A stretch of DNA of 34,381 nt from Catajapyx aquilonaris (Eukaryota): contig KZ538299.1 of NCBI GenBank assembly GCA_000934665.2, positions 62,001-96,381 on the forward strand, written 5' to 3'. The position numbers and the translations under genes were made by a program. The notes under the pieces are model-generated. The model did no database searches. It saw only the letters and a list, made by a program, of their open reading frames with translations, and was not told the origin of the DNA. Below are positions 33,384-34,381 of this stretch, in pieces; positions within the stretch are counted from its first letter, which is position 1; every line of letters starts with the position of its first letter.

Positions 33384-33712
33384 GGGGTCGTCCATATACC
33401 ACGTGACCGATTTTCGGGCACTTTTTGACCCCCCCCCCNNNNNNNNNNNNNNNNNNNNNNNNNNNNNNNNNNNNNNNNNNNNNNNNNNNNNNNNNNNNNN
33501 NNNNNNNNNNNNNNNNNNNNNNNNNNNNNNNNNNNNNNNNNNNNNNNNNNNNNNNNNNNNNNNNNNNNNNNNNNNNNNNNNNNNNNNNNNNNNNNNNNNN
33601 NNNNNNNNNNNNNNNNNNNNNNNNNNNNNNNNNNNNNNNNNNNNNNNNNNNNNNNNNNNNNNNNNNNNNNNNCCCTCCCCCCAAAACGGTCACGTGGTAT
33701 ATGGACGACCCC
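33384..33712. mobile_element. DNA transposon/MITE with perfect 26-bp TIRs spanning the assembly gap
   Basis: ggggtcgtccatataccacgtgaccg (33384-33409) and its exact reverse complement (33687-33712); TAT on both outer flanks (possible 3-bp TSD, PIF/Harbinger-Tourist-like). Confidence 0.8.
33439..33672. other. Assembly gap (N run) flanked by poly-C
   Basis: Run of N in the sequence. Confidence 1.
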
Positions 33713-34235
33713 TATAAGGTATAAGTGCTGATGAATATTCGTCCTATTGAATGCAGCTCTATACATTAATATTTTCCAGTTTTGTGCTGGAAGGGTGGAG
33801 AAATAGCCACTTAAAATCTCCGTATAACTAACTCAGGTCCACATGCAATAGTCATCAATAATACAACAATATACGGTACTAGTAGCCTATGACGTAAGCT
33901 TGATATTCCCATATTTATGCTGGAACTGTGGAAATATACTAGTTTCGTGCTAATATATTTCAAACAAGCTTTACCTTATTCGTACGTCGTACCATCTTTA
34001 AAGCACTAAATAAAAGTTTGCAGTAGGCGACACTGAGGCGACAAGAATTTAGGCGCTGTATAAATATAAATAAGTACATATTATAAATGGACGCAAAAAA
34101 AAAAAACAAATCGATATAAGGATATACTATGAGAATTTATTTGACAAATGACACTCCATTGAGATTAATGGTATTTTGTGGCGCCCTTTCTTTACAGCAA
34201 GTAGACATGCTGGAGAGAGTGTGAGTATCGAAGTA

Positions 34236-34305
34236 GCGCAGTGGTCCAGTGGTTAAGACTCTTTCTTCGTAACCCGAAGGTTGAAGGATCGAATCCGGAA
34301 AGAAA
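34236..34305 (+). mobile_element. tRNA-derived SINE head or tRNA pseudogene
   Basis: A-box-like gtggtccagtggttaag (34241-34257), loop-like ttcgtaa, and B-box-like ggatcgaatcc (34286-34296). Acceptor and anticodon stems do not pair properly, so this is not an intact tRNA. Confidence 0.5.
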
Positions 34306-34381
34306 GACGTCGTTTCTTTTTATCGCAATGGACCTTCCTCTCTGCTGTGCCTTACTTCATCATTTATTATTACTCTTTGAA

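Noticed and set aside
33289..33766. ORFs spanning the N run
   Set aside because: Artefacts of translating the assembly gap.

Overview
Eukaryotic (animal) genomic DNA with spliceosomal introns, many only 53-77 nt. It is probably from an arthropod, because one beta-tubulin carries arthropod beta1-type residues and C-terminal tail. I reconstructed five genes by hand. (1) Minus strand, 4576 to beyond the left edge: the 5' part (6 complete exons, about 485 aa) of an uncharacterised secreted or membrane protein. It has a signal peptide, a module resembling bacterial adhesin repeats, Cys-rich DC..CG repeats and the start of a REJ/PKD1-like region. (2, 3) Two tandem plus-strand beta-tubulin genes of 447 aa each (7066-12690, 5 exons; 14577-17531, 3 exons) with patchy nucleotide identity suggesting gene conversion. 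(4) Exportin-2/CSE1L (23079-27455, 14 exons, 978 aa, one GC-AG intron). (5) TMEM68/DIESL acyltransferase (30223 or 30343 to 32250, 5 coding exons). Introns and spacers hold many palindromic MITE-like elements, a perfect 29-bp inverted repeat, simple repeats, a tRNA-derived SINE-like head and an assembly gap (33439-33672). No prokaryotic system or CRISPR array is present. The best candidates for new biology are the chimeric REJ-like gene and the partly homogenised tubulin pair with cilia-type regulatory motifs nearby.
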